The notes under the pieces are model-generated. The model was not told the DNA's origin and did no database searches. It worked only from the letters and a program-made list of their open reading frames with translations. From Prochlorococcus sp. AG-459-A02 (GTDB lineage Bacteria; Cyanobacteriota; Cyanobacteriia; PCC-6307; Cyanobiaceae): a DNA stretch of 64,000 nt. The translations under genes were made by a program, and so were the position numbers. Below, piece by piece: positions 43,085 through 54,846 of this stretch (positions are counted from its first letter, which is position 1; every line of letters starts with the position of its first letter). The stretch is taken from assembly GCA_003212055.1 (NCBI GenBank), contig QCQW01000002.1, forward strand, positions 2,698-66,697. The letters run 5' to 3'.

Positions 43085-44113
43085 TTAATCAAAGATATTA
43101 TTCTCTACACAGAATTTCTCTAACTCTTTATCGTTTAACCAATCTTGGGGTTTTGTAAAAATTGATGTGAGAAATTCCTCTCGAGAACCCTTTTCAGCTT
43201 TATATCCATATTCCCATCTAGCTAAAGGCGGTAAGGACATTAATATAGATTCAGTCCTGCCGTTTGTTTGTAGTCCAAAAATTGTCCCTCTATCCCAAAC
43301 TAAATTGAATTCGACATATCTACCTCTTCGATATAGCTGGAATTCTTTTTCATGAGAATTATATTTTTGAGAAGCTCTCTTTTCAACAATTGGCAGATAA
43401 GAAGGTAGGAATGCTCTCCCACAGTTTTCTGCTAAAGAAAATAAGTCATCCCAATTTAAATAAGATTTGCCAATATTTTGTGAAGCTTTTGATGCCTCTC
43501 CATTTTTATTATTTCCTTTATAAATACTTTCTGACCCATCTTGATAATCATAAAAAATACCTCCTATGCCCCTAGATTCATTTCTATGTTTTAAGTAGAA
43601 ATATTCATCACACCAAGGTTTGAAAACTTTATGTAATTGTTTATCAACTTTTTCACAAGCTTTTTTATGCTCCTTATGAAAATTTCTCACATCAGAAAGA
43701 TAAGGATAAAAGGGAGTTAAGTCTGCACCTCCGCCAAACCACCAAACAGGACCAGCTTCGAAATAACGATAATTCAAATGAACTGTAGGGATATAAGGAT
43801 TCTTGGGATGCAATACCATAGAAGTTCCTGTGGCAAACCATTCATGACCTTTTGCTTCTGGTCTTTGAGAGATTATTGATTGAGGTAATTCTTTCCCTTG
43901 TACTTCAGAGAAATTTACTCCAGCTTGCTCAAAAATAGAACCGTTTTTAAATACTCTTGATCTTCCACCACCACCTTCATCTCTTATCCAGGATTCTTCC
44001 ATGAATTTCCCTTTGCTATCTACATTTTCAAGGCCTGAACAAATTTTGTCTTGTAGAGTTAATAAGAGATTTTTAGTTTTTTCTCTCGAGTTTTTAGGAG
44101 GTTCTCTGAACAT
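43085..44113 (-). CDS. hemF: Oxygen-dependent coproporphyrinogen III oxidase
   Basis: [44 protein letters not shown]. Confidence 0.97.
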   Translation of the reverse strand: MFREPPKNSREKTKNLLLTLQDKICSGLENVDSKGKFMEESWIRDEGGGGRSRVFKNGSIFEQAGVNFSEVQGKELPQSIISQRPEAKGHEWFATGTSMVLHPKNPYIPTVHLNYRYFEAGPVWWFGGGADLTPFYPYLSDVRNFHKEHKKACEKVDKQLHKVFKPWCDEYFYLKHRNESRGIGGIFYDYQDGSESIYKGNNKNGEASKASQNIGKSYLNWDDLFSLAENCGRAFLPSYLPIVEKRASQKYNSHEKEFQLYRRGRYVEFNLVWDRGTIFGLQTNGRTESILMSLPPLARWEYGYKAEKGSREEFLTSIFTKPQDWLNDKELEKFCVENNIFD

Positions 44114-44270
44114 GTATTTAGTAAATCTTGAAGAAAAAAATTTCTGGTTAATTATAAGTTTCCCTTTATAATTTCTCTTAGGGGGTCCTTATTTACTATT
44201 ATTTGATAGTTCGACATAGTTCTTAATCTTTTAAACAGTCGACTACTTTGTCAAAATATTAAAAAATTTA

Positions 44271-45341
44271 ATGACCACAATAGAAGATGCGAATTTTGCT
44301 TTACAAAAAGTTCTAGATGCTGGATCAAAGAAAAATGTAATTGAATTAGCTTGGATTAAAAATGTAAGGGTAACTATACCAAGGGTAATCGTAACACTAT
44401 CATTACCATCATTCGCAAATTCTCAGAGAGATAGAATTGTACAAGAGGTCCGAAAAGTACTGCTTGGTTTTGAAGATATTGATGATGTTCAAATAGAGAT
44501 AGATAATAATCCTTCCAAAACAGAATCTAAAACTCAAGGAAATGCTCCTGAGTTGCAGAAGATTGATGGAATTCAACACATAATAGCTGTTAGCAGTGGT
44601 AAAGGCGGAGTTGGAAAAAGCACCATCGCAGTTAATCTCGCTTGTTCGTTAGCTAAATTAGGCTTAAAAACTGGTTTGCTGGATGCGGATATATATGGAC
44701 CCAATACTCCTTCAATGATGGGGGTTGCCGAACAGAATCCAAAGGTTACAGAGGGTAGTGGGAGTGATCAAAGATTAATACCAATAAATAAATATGGAAT
44801 TTCATTGGTATCAATGGGTTTTCTTATAGAAGAAGGTCAGCCAGTTATATGGAGAGGACCAATGCTTAATAGTATTATCCGTCAATTTCTGTACCAAGTT
44901 GAATGGAATAATCTTGATTTTTTGATTATTGACTTACCTCCAGGAACAGGAGATGCTCAAATATCCCTTTCTCAATCTGTGCCTATTTCTGGAGCTATTG
45001 TTGTCACTACTCCTCAACAAGTATCTTTGCAAGATGCAAGGAGGGGATTAGCAATGTTTAAACAACTTGGTGTGCCTTTATTAGGAATCGTAGAAAATAT
45101 GTCAGTCTTTATCCCACCAGATATGCCAAATAAAAAATATGAAATTTTTGGTAAAGGTGGTGGACAAACATTAGCTAAAGAAAATGATTTACCATTATTA
45201 GCTCAAATTCCTATTGAAATTCCACTTGTTGATGAAAGCAATAAAGGAATACCAATCTCAATAAGTCAGCCAAATAAAGAAAGTTCTGCTGAATTTGGTA
45301 ATTTAGCTCAATTAATTAAGAATCAATTTGTTAATAAATAA
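44271..45341 (+). CDS. mrp: Mrp/NBP35 Fe-S cluster carrier ATPase
   Basis: SGKGGVGKST, DADIYGP, WRGPM, DLPPGTGD. Confidence 0.94.
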   Translation: MTTIEDANFALQKVLDAGSKKNVIELAWIKNVRVTIPRVIVTLSLPSFANSQRDRIVQEVRKVLLGFEDIDDVQIEIDNNPSKTESKTQGNAPELQKIDGIQHIIAVSSGKGGVGKSTIAVNLACSLAKLGLKTGLLDADIYGPNTPSMMGVAEQNPKVTEGSGSDQRLIPINKYGISLVSMGFLIEEGQPVIWRGPMLNSIIRQFLYQVEWNNLDFLIIDLPPGTGDAQISLSQSVPISGAIVVTTPQQVSLQDARRGLAMFKQLGVPLLGIVENMSVFIPPDMPNKKYEIFGKGGGQTLAKENDLPLLAQIPIEIPLVDESNKGIPISISQPNKESSAEFGNLAQLIKNQFVNK

Positions 45342-45344
45342 TTG

Positions 45345-46613
45345 ATGTTTAGGAGAATTTCTTTATTAAATAAGAGAGGATTTTTTCCAAAAAAAGACAA
45401 CTTTAGTAGAGGTTTTTTATTTTCTCCACTACTTTTAATTCCACTGTTTTTAGTTATTATTTCTGGTTTATTAATAAAAAGTATTCAGGGAGATTTAATT
45501 GCATCAAATTATTCAAGTCATATTTTAACTGGTTTTTTAGGTTATTTTTTAGCATTTTTTATTTCTTATATACCTTTAGAGAGAATTAGAAAGTATTTGA
45601 TTCCATTCTATTTTTGTACTTTAATATCCTTATTTTTAATTTATTTTTTTGGGATCTCAGTTTCTGGAGCTCAAAGATGGCTAAATTTGGGTATCTTTTC
45701 TTTTCAGCCTTCAGAAGTTGCCAAATTAAGCACTGTATTAACTCTTGCTTTGGTACTCGACAAAAAAATAATTTCAAAAATAAGAGATTTAATATTTCCT
45801 TTAATTGTAGTAATTGTTCCTTGGTTGTTAATTTTTTTTCAACCTGACTTAGGTACTTCTTTAGTTTTACTTGTTTTGACAGGTGTTATGCTCTATTGGT
45901 CGCATATGCCCATAGAGTGGATTTTGATATTAGTCTTTTGTATTATCACTTCCATATTATATTTAACCTTACCAAGTCTTCTTATTTTCTGGATTCCAAT
46001 TATAGGATATCTTGCTTATAGATCTTCGAAAAATAAAATTATTTTTTCTGCTCTCTCTATTTCTGGCCATTTATTTGTTGCAAAATTGACACCAATTTTG
46101 TGGCAATATGGCTTAAAAGGATATCAAAAAGATAGATTAGTTTTATTTTTAGATCCAAATAGAGATCCATTAGGTGGTGGATATCATTTGATACAGAGTC
46201 AAATTGCTATTGGTTCTGGCGGATTATTTGGGACTGGTTTGCTACAAGGTAAGCTAACTAATTTGCAATTTATACCAGAACAACATACTGATTTTATATT
46301 TAGTGCTTTAGGCGAAGAATTGGGTTTTGTGGGGTGCATAGTAGTTTTATTTTTGTTCTTTTTTTTGATTAAAAAACTTATAAATACTGCAACAATTGCT
46401 AGGAGTAACTTTGAATCTCTAATTGTTATTGGAATAGCCTCAACTTTTTTATTCCAAATAATTATTAACTTATTTATGACTATTGGATTAGGACCAGTTA
46501 CTGGAATTCCCCTTCCTTTTATGAGCTATGGTCGAACGTCATTACTGACTAATTTTATATCTATTGGATTTGTTTTATCTATATTGAAACGATCTAGATC
46601 ACTCAGAAATTGA
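45345..46613 (+). CDS. rodA: Peptidoglycan glycosyltransferase RodA
   Basis: GAQRW, QPSE, QPDLGT, IPEQHTDFIF, PLPFMSYG. Confidence 0.92.
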   Translation: MFRRISLLNKRGFFPKKDNFSRGFLFSPLLLIPLFLVIISGLLIKSIQGDLIASNYSSHILTGFLGYFLAFFISYIPLERIRKYLIPFYFCTLISLFLIYFFGISVSGAQRWLNLGIFSFQPSEVAKLSTVLTLALVLDKKIISKIRDLIFPLIVVIVPWLLIFFQPDLGTSLVLLVLTGVMLYWSHMPIEWILILVFCIITSILYLTLPSLLIFWIPIIGYLAYRSSKNKIIFSALSISGHLFVAKLTPILWQYGLKGYQKDRLVLFLDPNRDPLGGGYHLIQSQIAIGSGGLFGTGLLQGKLTNLQFIPEQHTDFIFSALGEELGFVGCIVVLFLFFFLIKKLINTATIARSNFESLIVIGIASTFLFQIIINLFMTIGLGPVTGIPLPFMSYGRTSLLTNFISIGFVLSILKRSRSLRN

Positions 46614-47977
46614 TGAAATCAGAAATAACTATAAAAAAAATTCAAAACCTTTTGATTAAAGGAGTTCAAACTATATTTGTGGATGATGATACATCCAGAA
46701 GAATGTGGTGGGCTTCTTTAGAAGTTATTCAAAAAGATTTCCTATCTAAGAATTATAAACATGGGGGGATATGGGTTGCCTCGCCTTTGCCAGCTTTTAA
46801 TGATAAGAAATTTTTGAATCAACTTCATGGATGGCTTTGGTCTCCTGAGGGGTTCCCATACTTTCAAAATGAGAATGCAGGTTTTTTACCAGTCAATAAT
46901 TCAGACAAGATAAAAAAAAATTTAGATTTAGTTAGTAATTATAAAGTATTAAATCTTAGTCAAGAAGATGGTTATGAACCTTTTTTGATGATAATCACCC
47001 CAAATTTTCAATGCATACTATCAATCTTAGGAGAAAAAGACAAGAAAATCCTATTGATGAAGTGTGATGAAGAAAGCCTAAAACTTTCGATTGAATTAAT
47101 GCATGCAAAACTAAATCAAGAAAATTACGAGGAAGGAGTAAAATTTCGTAATGCAATTAATAATTTAGGTAATCTTAATATTAATAATCAATTTGAAAAA
47201 TTATTTTGGCCAATATTATCAGCAAAATTAGCAAATATTTCACCAAATCATAATATACAGAATTCACTAAAAAACGATGAAAAAAAAGTGCAAATAACTG
47301 AAGCAAAATTATTACGTGCAATATCTCATGAAGTAAGAACGCCTTTGGCAACAATAAGAACCCTCATAAGTTCTACTTTAAAAAAATATAAGATGGACGA
47401 ATCTATGAAAAATCGTTTAATTCAAATAGATAATGAATGTAATGAACAAATTGATAGGTTTGGTTTAATCTTTAATGCAGCAGAATTAGTGAGTGATGAA
47501 GTTCCGTCATTAAATAACTTGGCAAAAATTAATTTAGCCGAAATTTTTAAAAAGCTTTCTCCTTTATGGAATAAACAATTAAATCGACGCGGGATTTCTT
47601 TGAAGATTGATATCCCCAATCAACTTCCGCAAATTTTGAGTGATTCTGAAAAATTGGAATTAATGTTAAGTGGATTAATTGATAAAAATACTAGAGGATT
47701 AAAAGAAGGTAGTACATTAATTTTAGAATTAAGACCAGCTGGTCAGAAACTTAAACTTCAATTAAAAGTACAAAAATTAGAAAGTAATCAAAAAGAAATT
47801 CTAAAAAAAGATAATGGTTCTGATATTGGTCCTGTTTTAAATTGGAATCCTCAAACAGGTAATTTACAACTTAGTCAAAATGCTACTCAAAAGTTGTTAG
47901 CTAGTTTAGGAGGGCATGTCACACAAAGGCGTGATACTGGTTTGACAGTATTTTTTCCGATTTCAGATTCAAAATAA
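46610..47977 (+). CDS. Sensor histidine kinase, cytoplasmic, with atypical ATPase domain (Hik34-like by recollection)
   Basis: H-box ISHEVRTPLATI; no canonical N/G1/G2 boxes; no TM segment. Confidence 0.8.
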   Translation: MMKSEITIKKIQNLLIKGVQTIFVDDDTSRRMWWASLEVIQKDFLSKNYKHGGIWVASPLPAFNDKKFLNQLHGWLWSPEGFPYFQNENAGFLPVNNSDKIKKNLDLVSNYKVLNLSQEDGYEPFLMIITPNFQCILSILGEKDKKILLMKCDEESLKLSIELMHAKLNQENYEEGVKFRNAINNLGNLNINNQFEKLFWPILSAKLANISPNHNIQNSLKNDEKKVQITEAKLLRAISHEVRTPLATIRTLISSTLKKYKMDESMKNRLIQIDNECNEQIDRFGLIFNAAELVSDEVPSLNNLAKINLAEIFKKLSPLWNKQLNRRGISLKIDIPNQLPQILSDSEKLELMLSGLIDKNTRGLKEGSTLILELRPAGQKLKLQLKVQKLESNQKEILKKDNGSDIGPVLNWNPQTGNLQLSQNATQKLLASLGGHVTQRRDTGLTVFFPISDSK

Positions 47978-48088
47978 AATGAGAAACAAGTTTTAGATAT
48001 ATTAAATAATGTAGAAAATTTCTTATAAATTTCGAAATATGCAAAATATGAATGCTAATTTCTTATTAGAAATAACTTTAAATCAAGG

Positions 48089-48511
48089 ATGACTGAAACT
48101 TTAGTTGGTCAATTTCCAAAGCATATAGGAAGTACTGGGGGTTTATTAAACTCAGCAGAAACCGAAGAAAAATATGCAATTGTATGGAAAAGTACGAAGG
48201 AACAAGCATTTGAATTACCCACCGGTGGAGCGGCTATTATGCTTGAAGGTGATAATTTAATGTACTTTGCAAGAAAAGAACAATGCCTTGCATTAGGGAC
48301 ACAATTAAGAGCCTTTAAACCAAGAATTGAAGATTTTAAAATCTACCGAATTTTCCCAGGTGGCGATATTGAATTTTTACACCCAAAAGATGGTGTTTTC
48401 TCTGAAAAAGTAAATGAAGGCAGAGAAAAAGTAGGTCATAATCCTAGAAGAATAGGTGAGAATCCTAATCCAGCTGGTTTGAAATTTACAACTAAGAATA
48501 CTTTTGATTAA
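48089..48511 (+). CDS. psaD: Photosystem I subunit II
   Basis: [36 protein letters not shown]. Confidence 0.97.
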   Translation: MTETLVGQFPKHIGSTGGLLNSAETEEKYAIVWKSTKEQAFELPTGGAAIMLEGDNLMYFARKEQCLALGTQLRAFKPRIEDFKIYRIFPGGDIEFLHPKDGVFSEKVNEGREKVGHNPRRIGENPNPAGLKFTTKNTFD

Positions 48512-48571
48512 CTTCCTTGAAAGTTGATATAAAAGAAGAAAATAATTATAATTTGGGTTGAGATTATTAGT

Positions 48572-50092
48572 ATGATCAGCTCTCTGAAAGATAGTTTTTT
48601 AAAAGCTTACAAAGAAGGTAAAAATTTTATACCTATTATTCAAACTTGGCCAGCGGATTTAGAGACTCCATTGTCAACTTGGTTAAAATTATCCTCAAAA
48701 GATTCCCATGGTGTTTTTCTTGAATCTGTTGAAGGTGGCGAAAGTTTGGGTAGGTGGAGTATTGTTGCAACTAAACCTCTTTGGGAAGCCGTTTGTTATG
48801 GAGAAGAAATAGTTAAAACTTGGAATAATGGCAAAACTGAAACACATAAAGGTGATCCTTTTGATATTTTAAGAAGCTGGACAAAGGAATATAAGTCAAC
48901 CATGCTTGATGGCTTACCATCAATTGGACAGTTATATGGTTCTTGGGGTTATGAATTAATAAATCGAATAGAACCAAGCGTTCCAATTAATGAAATACCA
49001 GAAAACAATATCCCCTATGGTTCCTGGATGTTTTTTGATCAGTTAGTTGTTTTTGATCAAATAAAAAGATGCATTACTGCAGTGGTTTATGTAGATACAA
49101 CTTCTTCAAAAAAGTCTTCGATTGAAGAGTTGTATCTAAACTCAATTTCTAAAATTCAAAAAACTAGAAATCTAATGAGAGTTCCTCTAAAAGAAAATGA
49201 GTTTTTAGATTGGAATGAAAATGAAAATTTGAATTTAGATTTAGAAAGTAATTGGAAGAAAAAAGATTTTGAGAATGCAGTTCTCTCTGCAAAAGAATAC
49301 ATAAGAAAGGGAGATATCTTCCAAATAGTTATAAGTCAGAGATTTCAAACTAAAGTCAATAATGATCCCTTCAATTTATATAGAAGTTTGAGGATGGTTA
49401 ATCCATCTCCATATATGTCATTTTTTGATTTTGGCTCATGGTATCTGATAGGTTCAAGTCCTGAAGTAATGGTTAAAGCTGAAAAAAATAAAAATGGTCA
49501 GATTGTTGCAAGCTTAAGACCAATAGCTGGAACAAGACCTAGAGGTATTGATAATCAACAAGACTTGGAATTAGAGAAGGATTTATTAAAAGATCCAAAA
49601 GAGATAGCTGAGCATGTAATGTTAATTGATCTTGGGAGAAATGATCTTGGAAGAGTTTGTGAAATTGGGACTGTTAAGGTTAAGGATTTAATGGTTATTG
49701 AGAAATATTCACATGTTATGCATATAGTTAGTGAAGTTCAGGGAATCTTAAAAAACAATGCTGATGTATGGGATTTACTAAAAGCATCTTTTCCCGCTGG
49801 GACAGTAACTGGTGCGCCAAAAATAAGAGCTATGCAATTAATTAAGCACTTTGAAAAAGATGCTAGAGGACCTTATGCTGGTGTTTACGGCTCTATTGAT
49901 GTTAATGGCGCATTAAATACGGCAATTACCATAAGAACTATGATAGTAAAACCTTCAAGAGATGGGAAATATGATGTTTCAGTTCAAGCAGGAGCTGGAA
50001 TTGTTGCTGATTCTTTTCCTGAAAATGAATATCAAGAGACGATAAATAAAGCAAAGGGGATATTAAAAGCATTAGCCTGTTTGGATCAATAA
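48572..50092 (+). CDS. trpE: Anthranilate synthase component I
   Basis: [38 protein letters not shown]. Confidence 0.95.
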   Translation: MISSLKDSFLKAYKEGKNFIPIIQTWPADLETPLSTWLKLSSKDSHGVFLESVEGGESLGRWSIVATKPLWEAVCYGEEIVKTWNNGKTETHKGDPFDILRSWTKEYKSTMLDGLPSIGQLYGSWGYELINRIEPSVPINEIPENNIPYGSWMFFDQLVVFDQIKRCITAVVYVDTTSSKKSSIEELYLNSISKIQKTRNLMRVPLKENEFLDWNENENLNLDLESNWKKKDFENAVLSAKEYIRKGDIFQIVISQRFQTKVNNDPFNLYRSLRMVNPSPYMSFFDFGSWYLIGSSPEVMVKAEKNKNGQIVASLRPIAGTRPRGIDNQQDLELEKDLLKDPKEIAEHVMLIDLGRNDLGRVCEIGTVKVKDLMVIEKYSHVMHIVSEVQGILKNNADVWDLLKASFPAGTVTGAPKIRAMQLIKHFEKDARGPYAGVYGSIDVNGALNTAITIRTMIVKPSRDGKYDVSVQAGAGIVADSFPENEYQETINKAKGILKALACLDQ

Positions 50093-51211
50093 ATGAGTCA
50101 AAATAATCTTTATAAGGGTTTTGAGGTGGAACTTTTCACAGGTTCTTTAAATTCTCATATTGGTGTTTCGGCTGAAATTGAGAAAAAATTTCCTGATTTT
50201 GTCAAAGAGCCAGATAATAGAAATGTTGAATACATAACAACACCTGAAAAAGACTATAGTAATTTATATGAGAAATTAATAGCTCCAAGAAAAAAGTTAA
50301 GACGATGGCTAAACAAAAAAGAGTTAACAATCATTCCTTCGTCCACTCTTTGCTTTAAACACGATATTCAATTTCAAAGATCTGATATTGAAAATATTTA
50401 TCATCAATTTATACAAGATAATTATGGAACCTCTATTGCAACTTCAAGTGTACATATAAACTTAGGAATAGATGATTTAGATAAGCTTTTTGCTGCTATT
50501 AGACTAATAAGATCTGAGGCTGCTTTATATTTATCCCTAAGTGCTAGTTCACCTTTTTTAAATAATAAAATTACGGGGAATCATTCTCAGAGATGGATTC
50601 AGTTTCCTAAAACACCAAGTAAAGTACCCTTCTTTATAAATCATAATGCTTATATCGATTGGATTGAGGAAAATATAGCAAATAAAAATATGCAAAATAT
50701 CAGGCATTTTTGGTCTTCAATCCGACCAAATGGTCCAAAAAGACCTTTAATGCTTGATCGTTTGGAATTAAGAATTTGTGATTTTGTTTATGATATTAAC
50801 TTGCTTTTAGGGATAACGGCCATGATAGAACTAAGGATTTTAAATCTTTTTGAAAATATAAATACTTTAGATCCTCTTAATGCCAGTTTTTTTTCTATTG
50901 ACAAATTATCAGAAATATGTGATAAAAATGAAACTAATGCGGCTAAAGATAGTCTGAATTCAGAATTAATTCACTGGCAAGATGGCAAAAAAATTATTTG
51001 TAGAGAGTGGATTCAAAACTTATTAGCAGATTTATCATCCACAGCAGAACAATTTGGTATGAAACATCTTTTAAATCCTATTTGTAAAGTACTTGAAGAA
51101 GGTAATCAATCTATGAAATGGATAAATCAATATGAAAAAGGTCTTTCTATTGAGCAAATAATGAAAATTTCTATCGAAGATATGATTAGGATTGAAGGCG
51201 AGAATGTTTGA
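50093..51211 (+). CDS. gshA: Glutamate--cysteine ligase (cyanobacterial type)
   Basis: KGFEVELFTG, SVHINLG, SASSPF, RPNGP, RLELRICD. Confidence 0.88.
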   Translation: MSQNNLYKGFEVELFTGSLNSHIGVSAEIEKKFPDFVKEPDNRNVEYITTPEKDYSNLYEKLIAPRKKLRRWLNKKELTIIPSSTLCFKHDIQFQRSDIENIYHQFIQDNYGTSIATSSVHINLGIDDLDKLFAAIRLIRSEAALYLSLSASSPFLNNKITGNHSQRWIQFPKTPSKVPFFINHNAYIDWIEENIANKNMQNIRHFWSSIRPNGPKRPLMLDRLELRICDFVYDINLLLGITAMIELRILNLFENINTLDPLNASFFSIDKLSEICDKNETNAAKDSLNSELIHWQDGKKIICREWIQNLLADLSSTAEQFGMKHLLNPICKVLEEGNQSMKWINQYEKGLSIEQIMKISIEDMIRIEGENV

Positions 51212-51264
51212 TTATTTAAATAAACATTTGATCTGAACTTTTTTACTTGTGACATAATGATTAT

Positions 51265-54234
51265 ATGGAATCTTTTAGACAGATAAAAAATAATAACGTG
51301 GATCTGATAAGTAACAATGATCCACTTGATAAAAATCGTCTTTTAATAGAAGATCTGTGGGAATCTGTACTCAGAGAAGAATGCCCAGATGGTCAAGCAG
51401 AGAGATTGATACAGCTTAAAGAATTAAGTTATTCAAAACAAATTGATGGTGATAGTTCAAAAACTTTTAAAAATGAAATAGTTGATATTGTAAATTCTAT
51501 GGATTTAGCAGAATCCATTGCAGCAGCAAGGGCGTTTTCATTGTATTTTCAACTTGTGAATATTTTAGAACAAAGAGTTGAGGAAGATAGATATATTCAA
51601 AGCTTTACGAATAAGGATGTTCAAAAATCGCCCGACAATCTTGATCCTTTTGCTCCAGCATTGGCTAGGCAGAATGCTCCAGTAACTTTTAGAGAATTAT
51701 TTTACAGGCTGAGGAAATTAAATGTACCACCAGGGAAATTAGAAGAGTTATTGCAGGAAATGGATATCCGTTTAGTTTTTACTGCACATCCCACTGAGAT
51801 AGTAAGACATACGATTAGACATAAGCAGACAAGAGTAGCAAATTTGTTAAAAAAAATACAGATTGAGCAATTTTTAACAAAAGAAGAAAAAAATTCTCTA
51901 AAAACCCAATTAAAAGAGGAAGTAAGACTTTGGTGGAGAACAGATGAATTACATCAATTTAAACCATCAGTTTTAGACGAAGTAGATTATGCCTTGCATT
52001 ATTTTCAGCAAGTACTATTTAATGCGATGCCTCAATTGAGGGGCAGGATCGCTGAAGCACTCACCGAAAATTATCCAGATGTTCAGTTGCCCTCTGAATC
52101 TTTTTGTAACTTCGGTTCTTGGGTAGGCTCTGATAGGGATGGTAATCCATCAGTCACTCCTGAGATAACCTGGAGAACTGCTTGCTACCAAAGGCAGTTG
52201 ATGTTGGAAAGATATGTAATTGCGACATCTAATCTTAGAGATCAATTAAGTGTCTCGATGCAATGGAGTCAAGTCAGTTCTTCTCTACTAGAGTCGCTCG
52301 AAACGGACAGGGTTAAGTTCCCAGAAATCTATGAAGCCAGGGCTACAAGGTATAGATCAGAACCTTATAGATTGAAATTAAGTTATATTTTAGAAAAATT
52401 AAGGTTAACACAAGAAAGAAATAATTTATTAGCTGATAGTGGGTGGAAATTTGACTTAGAAGGAGAAATTGATAACAAAAATCAAGATAAAGTTGAAAAC
52501 TTATATTACAAGTCAGTAAACGAATTCACTTATGATCTCGAATTAATTAAAAATAGCCTGATTAGTACAGATTTAACTTGCGAATCTGTAAATACCTTAC
52601 TTACTCAGGTTCATATTTTTGGATTTTCTTTAGCAAGTTTAGATATTCGTCAAGAGAGTACAAGGCATAGTGACGCCATACAAGAGCTTACAAATTATCT
52701 TGATTTATCTGTGCAATATGACCAAATGTCTGAGGAAGAAAAAATTAAATGGCTCATAGACGAATTAAATACAAAAAGGCCCTTAATTCCATCTGATGTT
52801 AATTGGACAAAAACTACAGAAGAAACCTTTTCAGTTTTTAAAATGGTTAAGAGGCTACAGCAAGAATTTGGAAGTCGCATTTGTCATTCTTATGTAATTT
52901 CAATGAGTCATAGTGCCTCTGATTTGCTTGAAGTTCTCCTACTAGCAAAAGAAATGGGACTTCTTGATCAAAATTCACAAAAGTCAAAATTATTAGTTGT
53001 TCCTCTTTTTGAAACTGTAGAAGACCTTAAAAGAGCACCTGAAGTAATGGAAAAGTTGTTTAAATTAGATTTTTATAGATCATTATTGCCAAAAGTGGGA
53101 GAATCTTTCAAACCATTGCAAGAATTAATGCTTGGATACTCTGATAGCAATAAAGATTCGGGGTTTGTTTCTAGTAATTGGGAAATTCATAGAGCCCAAA
53201 TAGCTCTTCAAAATCTTTCAAGTAGAAATAACATATTGCTAAGACTTTTTCATGGAAGAGGTGGTTCTGTAGGGAGAGGAGGAGGACCAGCTTATCAGGC
53301 AATATTGGCCCAACCAAGTGGCACTTTAAAAGGACGAATAAAAATAACAGAACAAGGTGAAGTATTAGCGTCTAAATATAGTCTTCCGGAACTGGCTCTT
53401 TACAATCTTGAGACTGTCACTACAGCGGTAATTCAAAATAGTTTGGTAAATAATAGACTTGACGCTACTCCAGAATGGAATCAATTAATGTCTAGGTTGG
53501 CAGAAACATCAAGGTCTCACTATAGAAAATTAGTGCATGAGAATCCTGATTTGTTAAATTTCTTTCAAGAGGTCACTCCAATTGAAGAAATCAGTAAATT
53601 ACAGATATCTAGTAGGCCTGCTAGAAGAAAAAAAGGTGCAAAAGATTTGTCAAGCTTAAGAGCTATTCCATGGGTATTTGGTTGGACACAAAGTAGATTT
53701 CTTTTGCCAAGTTGGTTTGGAGTAGGTACTGCATTGTCATCTGAATTAGATTCAGATCCACAACAAATTGAATTATTAAGAGTTTTACATCAAAGATGGC
53801 CATTTTTCAGGATGCTTATATCTAAGGTAGAAATGACATTGTCTAAGGTGGATTTGGAAGTTGCTAGATATTATGTTGATACTCTTGGCAGTAAGGAAAA
53901 TAAAGATTCTTTTAATGATATTTTTGAAGTAATTTCTAAAGAATATAGACTTACAAAATCTTTAATACTTGAAATTACTGGAAAAAATAAGCTACTCGAA
54001 TCTGATAGGGACTTGAAATCATCAGTAAGTTTGAGAAATAAGACAATCATCCCATTGGGCTTTTTGCAGGTTTCACTTTTAAGAAGACTAAGAGACCAGA
54101 CAAGACAACCCCCAATAAGCGAATTTATTATTGATAAAGATGAATCTAGAAGAGCTTACAGTAGAAGTGAACTATTGAGGGGGGCACTTTTAACAATTAA
54201 TGGGATAGCAGCTGGAATGAGAAATACAGGTTGA
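51265..54234 (+). CDS. ppc: Phosphoenolpyruvate carboxylase
   Basis: [44 protein letters not shown]. Confidence 0.98.
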   Translation: MESFRQIKNNNVDLISNNDPLDKNRLLIEDLWESVLREECPDGQAERLIQLKELSYSKQIDGDSSKTFKNEIVDIVNSMDLAESIAAARAFSLYFQLVNILEQRVEEDRYIQSFTNKDVQKSPDNLDPFAPALARQNAPVTFRELFYRLRKLNVPPGKLEELLQEMDIRLVFTAHPTEIVRHTIRHKQTRVANLLKKIQIEQFLTKEEKNSLKTQLKEEVRLWWRTDELHQFKPSVLDEVDYALHYFQQVLFNAMPQLRGRIAEALTENYPDVQLPSESFCNFGSWVGSDRDGNPSVTPEITWRTACYQRQLMLERYVIATSNLRDQLSVSMQWSQVSSSLLESLETDRVKFPEIYEARATRYRSEPYRLKLSYILEKLRLTQERNNLLADSGWKFDLEGEIDNKNQDKVENLYYKSVNEFTYDLELIKNSLISTDLTCESVNTLLTQVHIFGFSLASLDIRQESTRHSDAIQELTNYLDLSVQYDQMSEEEKIKWLIDELNTKRPLIPSDVNWTKTTEETFSVFKMVKRLQQEFGSRICHSYVISMSHSASDLLEVLLLAKEMGLLDQNSQKSKLLVVPLFETVEDLKRAPEVMEKLFKLDFYRSLLPKVGESFKPLQELMLGYSDSNKDSGFVSSNWEIHRAQIALQNLSSRNNILLRLFHGRGGSVGRGGGPAYQAILAQPSGTLKGRIKITEQGEVLASKYSLPELALYNLETVTTAVIQNSLVNNRLDATPEWNQLMSRLAETSRSHYRKLVHENPDLLNFFQEVTPIEEISKLQISSRPARRKKGAKDLSSLRAIPWVFGWTQSRFLLPSWFGVGTALSSELDSDPQQIELLRVLHQRWPFFRMLISKVEMTLSKVDLEVARYYVDTLGSKENKDSFNDIFEVISKEYRLTKSLILEITGKNKLLESDRDLKSSVSLRNKTIIPLGFLQVSLLRRLRDQTRQPPISEFIIDKDESRRAYSRSELLRGALLTINGIAAGMRNTG

Positions 54235-54237
54235 TAA

Positions 54238-54684
54238 TTGCAATATTTTTCTAAAAAAAAACTTGTTCTTCCAGAAGGTTATTTTGTTAACTCTTCGCAA
54301 ATTCCATTAGCTAAAGAAGTTAATAAACTTTTAGCGAATTGTGGTTGTGAGACATTTCCAATAAAACCTCTTTCTGAGGCTATTCAGAAAAGTAATTTCT
54401 TTTTTACTATACAGAGCGAATTAAAAAATAAATTATATGGCTTTGTAAGGGTTACTTCCGACAGGGGATTAAATGCTAACTTGTGGAATTTAAGTGCATT
54501 GCCAGGTAATAATCAGCAACTTTATTATTCAATATTGCTTCAAGTAACTCTTGAGAAAATAAATAGAGAAATGCCTGGATGCAGTATTTCTGTACAGGCT
54601 CCAGTTTCTTCGTTTCTAAGTTTAGAGGAAAATGGATTCATACTAGATCCAAATGGAATAAGAGTAATGGGATATAAACTTTAA
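54238..54684 (+). CDS. GNAT-like N-acetyltransferase
   Basis: LYGFVRVTSD..LNANLWNL, GFILDPNGIRVM. Confidence 0.75.
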   Translation: MQYFSKKKLVLPEGYFVNSSQIPLAKEVNKLLANCGCETFPIKPLSEAIQKSNFFFTIQSELKNKLYGFVRVTSDRGLNANLWNLSALPGNNQQLYYSILLQVTLEKINREMPGCSISVQAPVSSFLSLEENGFILDPNGIRVMGYKL

Positions 54685-54695
54685 AAATTATGTTA

Positions 54696-54769
54696 CGAGC
54701 ATGGAGGGAATCGAACCCCCGACTCTCAGAACCGGAATCTGATGCTCTATCCAACTGAGCTACATGCCC
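54696..54769 (-). tRNA. tRNA-Arg (CCG)
   Basis: GGGCATGTAGCTCAGTTGGATAGAGCATCAGATTCCGGTTCTGAGAGTCGGGGGTTCGATTCCCTCCATGCTCG. Confidence 0.96.
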
Positions 54770-54846
54770 TTTAATTTTTCAATTTCTTTAAAGAAAATCT
54801 AAATACTTTAAATTTAGCTAATTTAATTATTGAGTGCACAAAAAAA

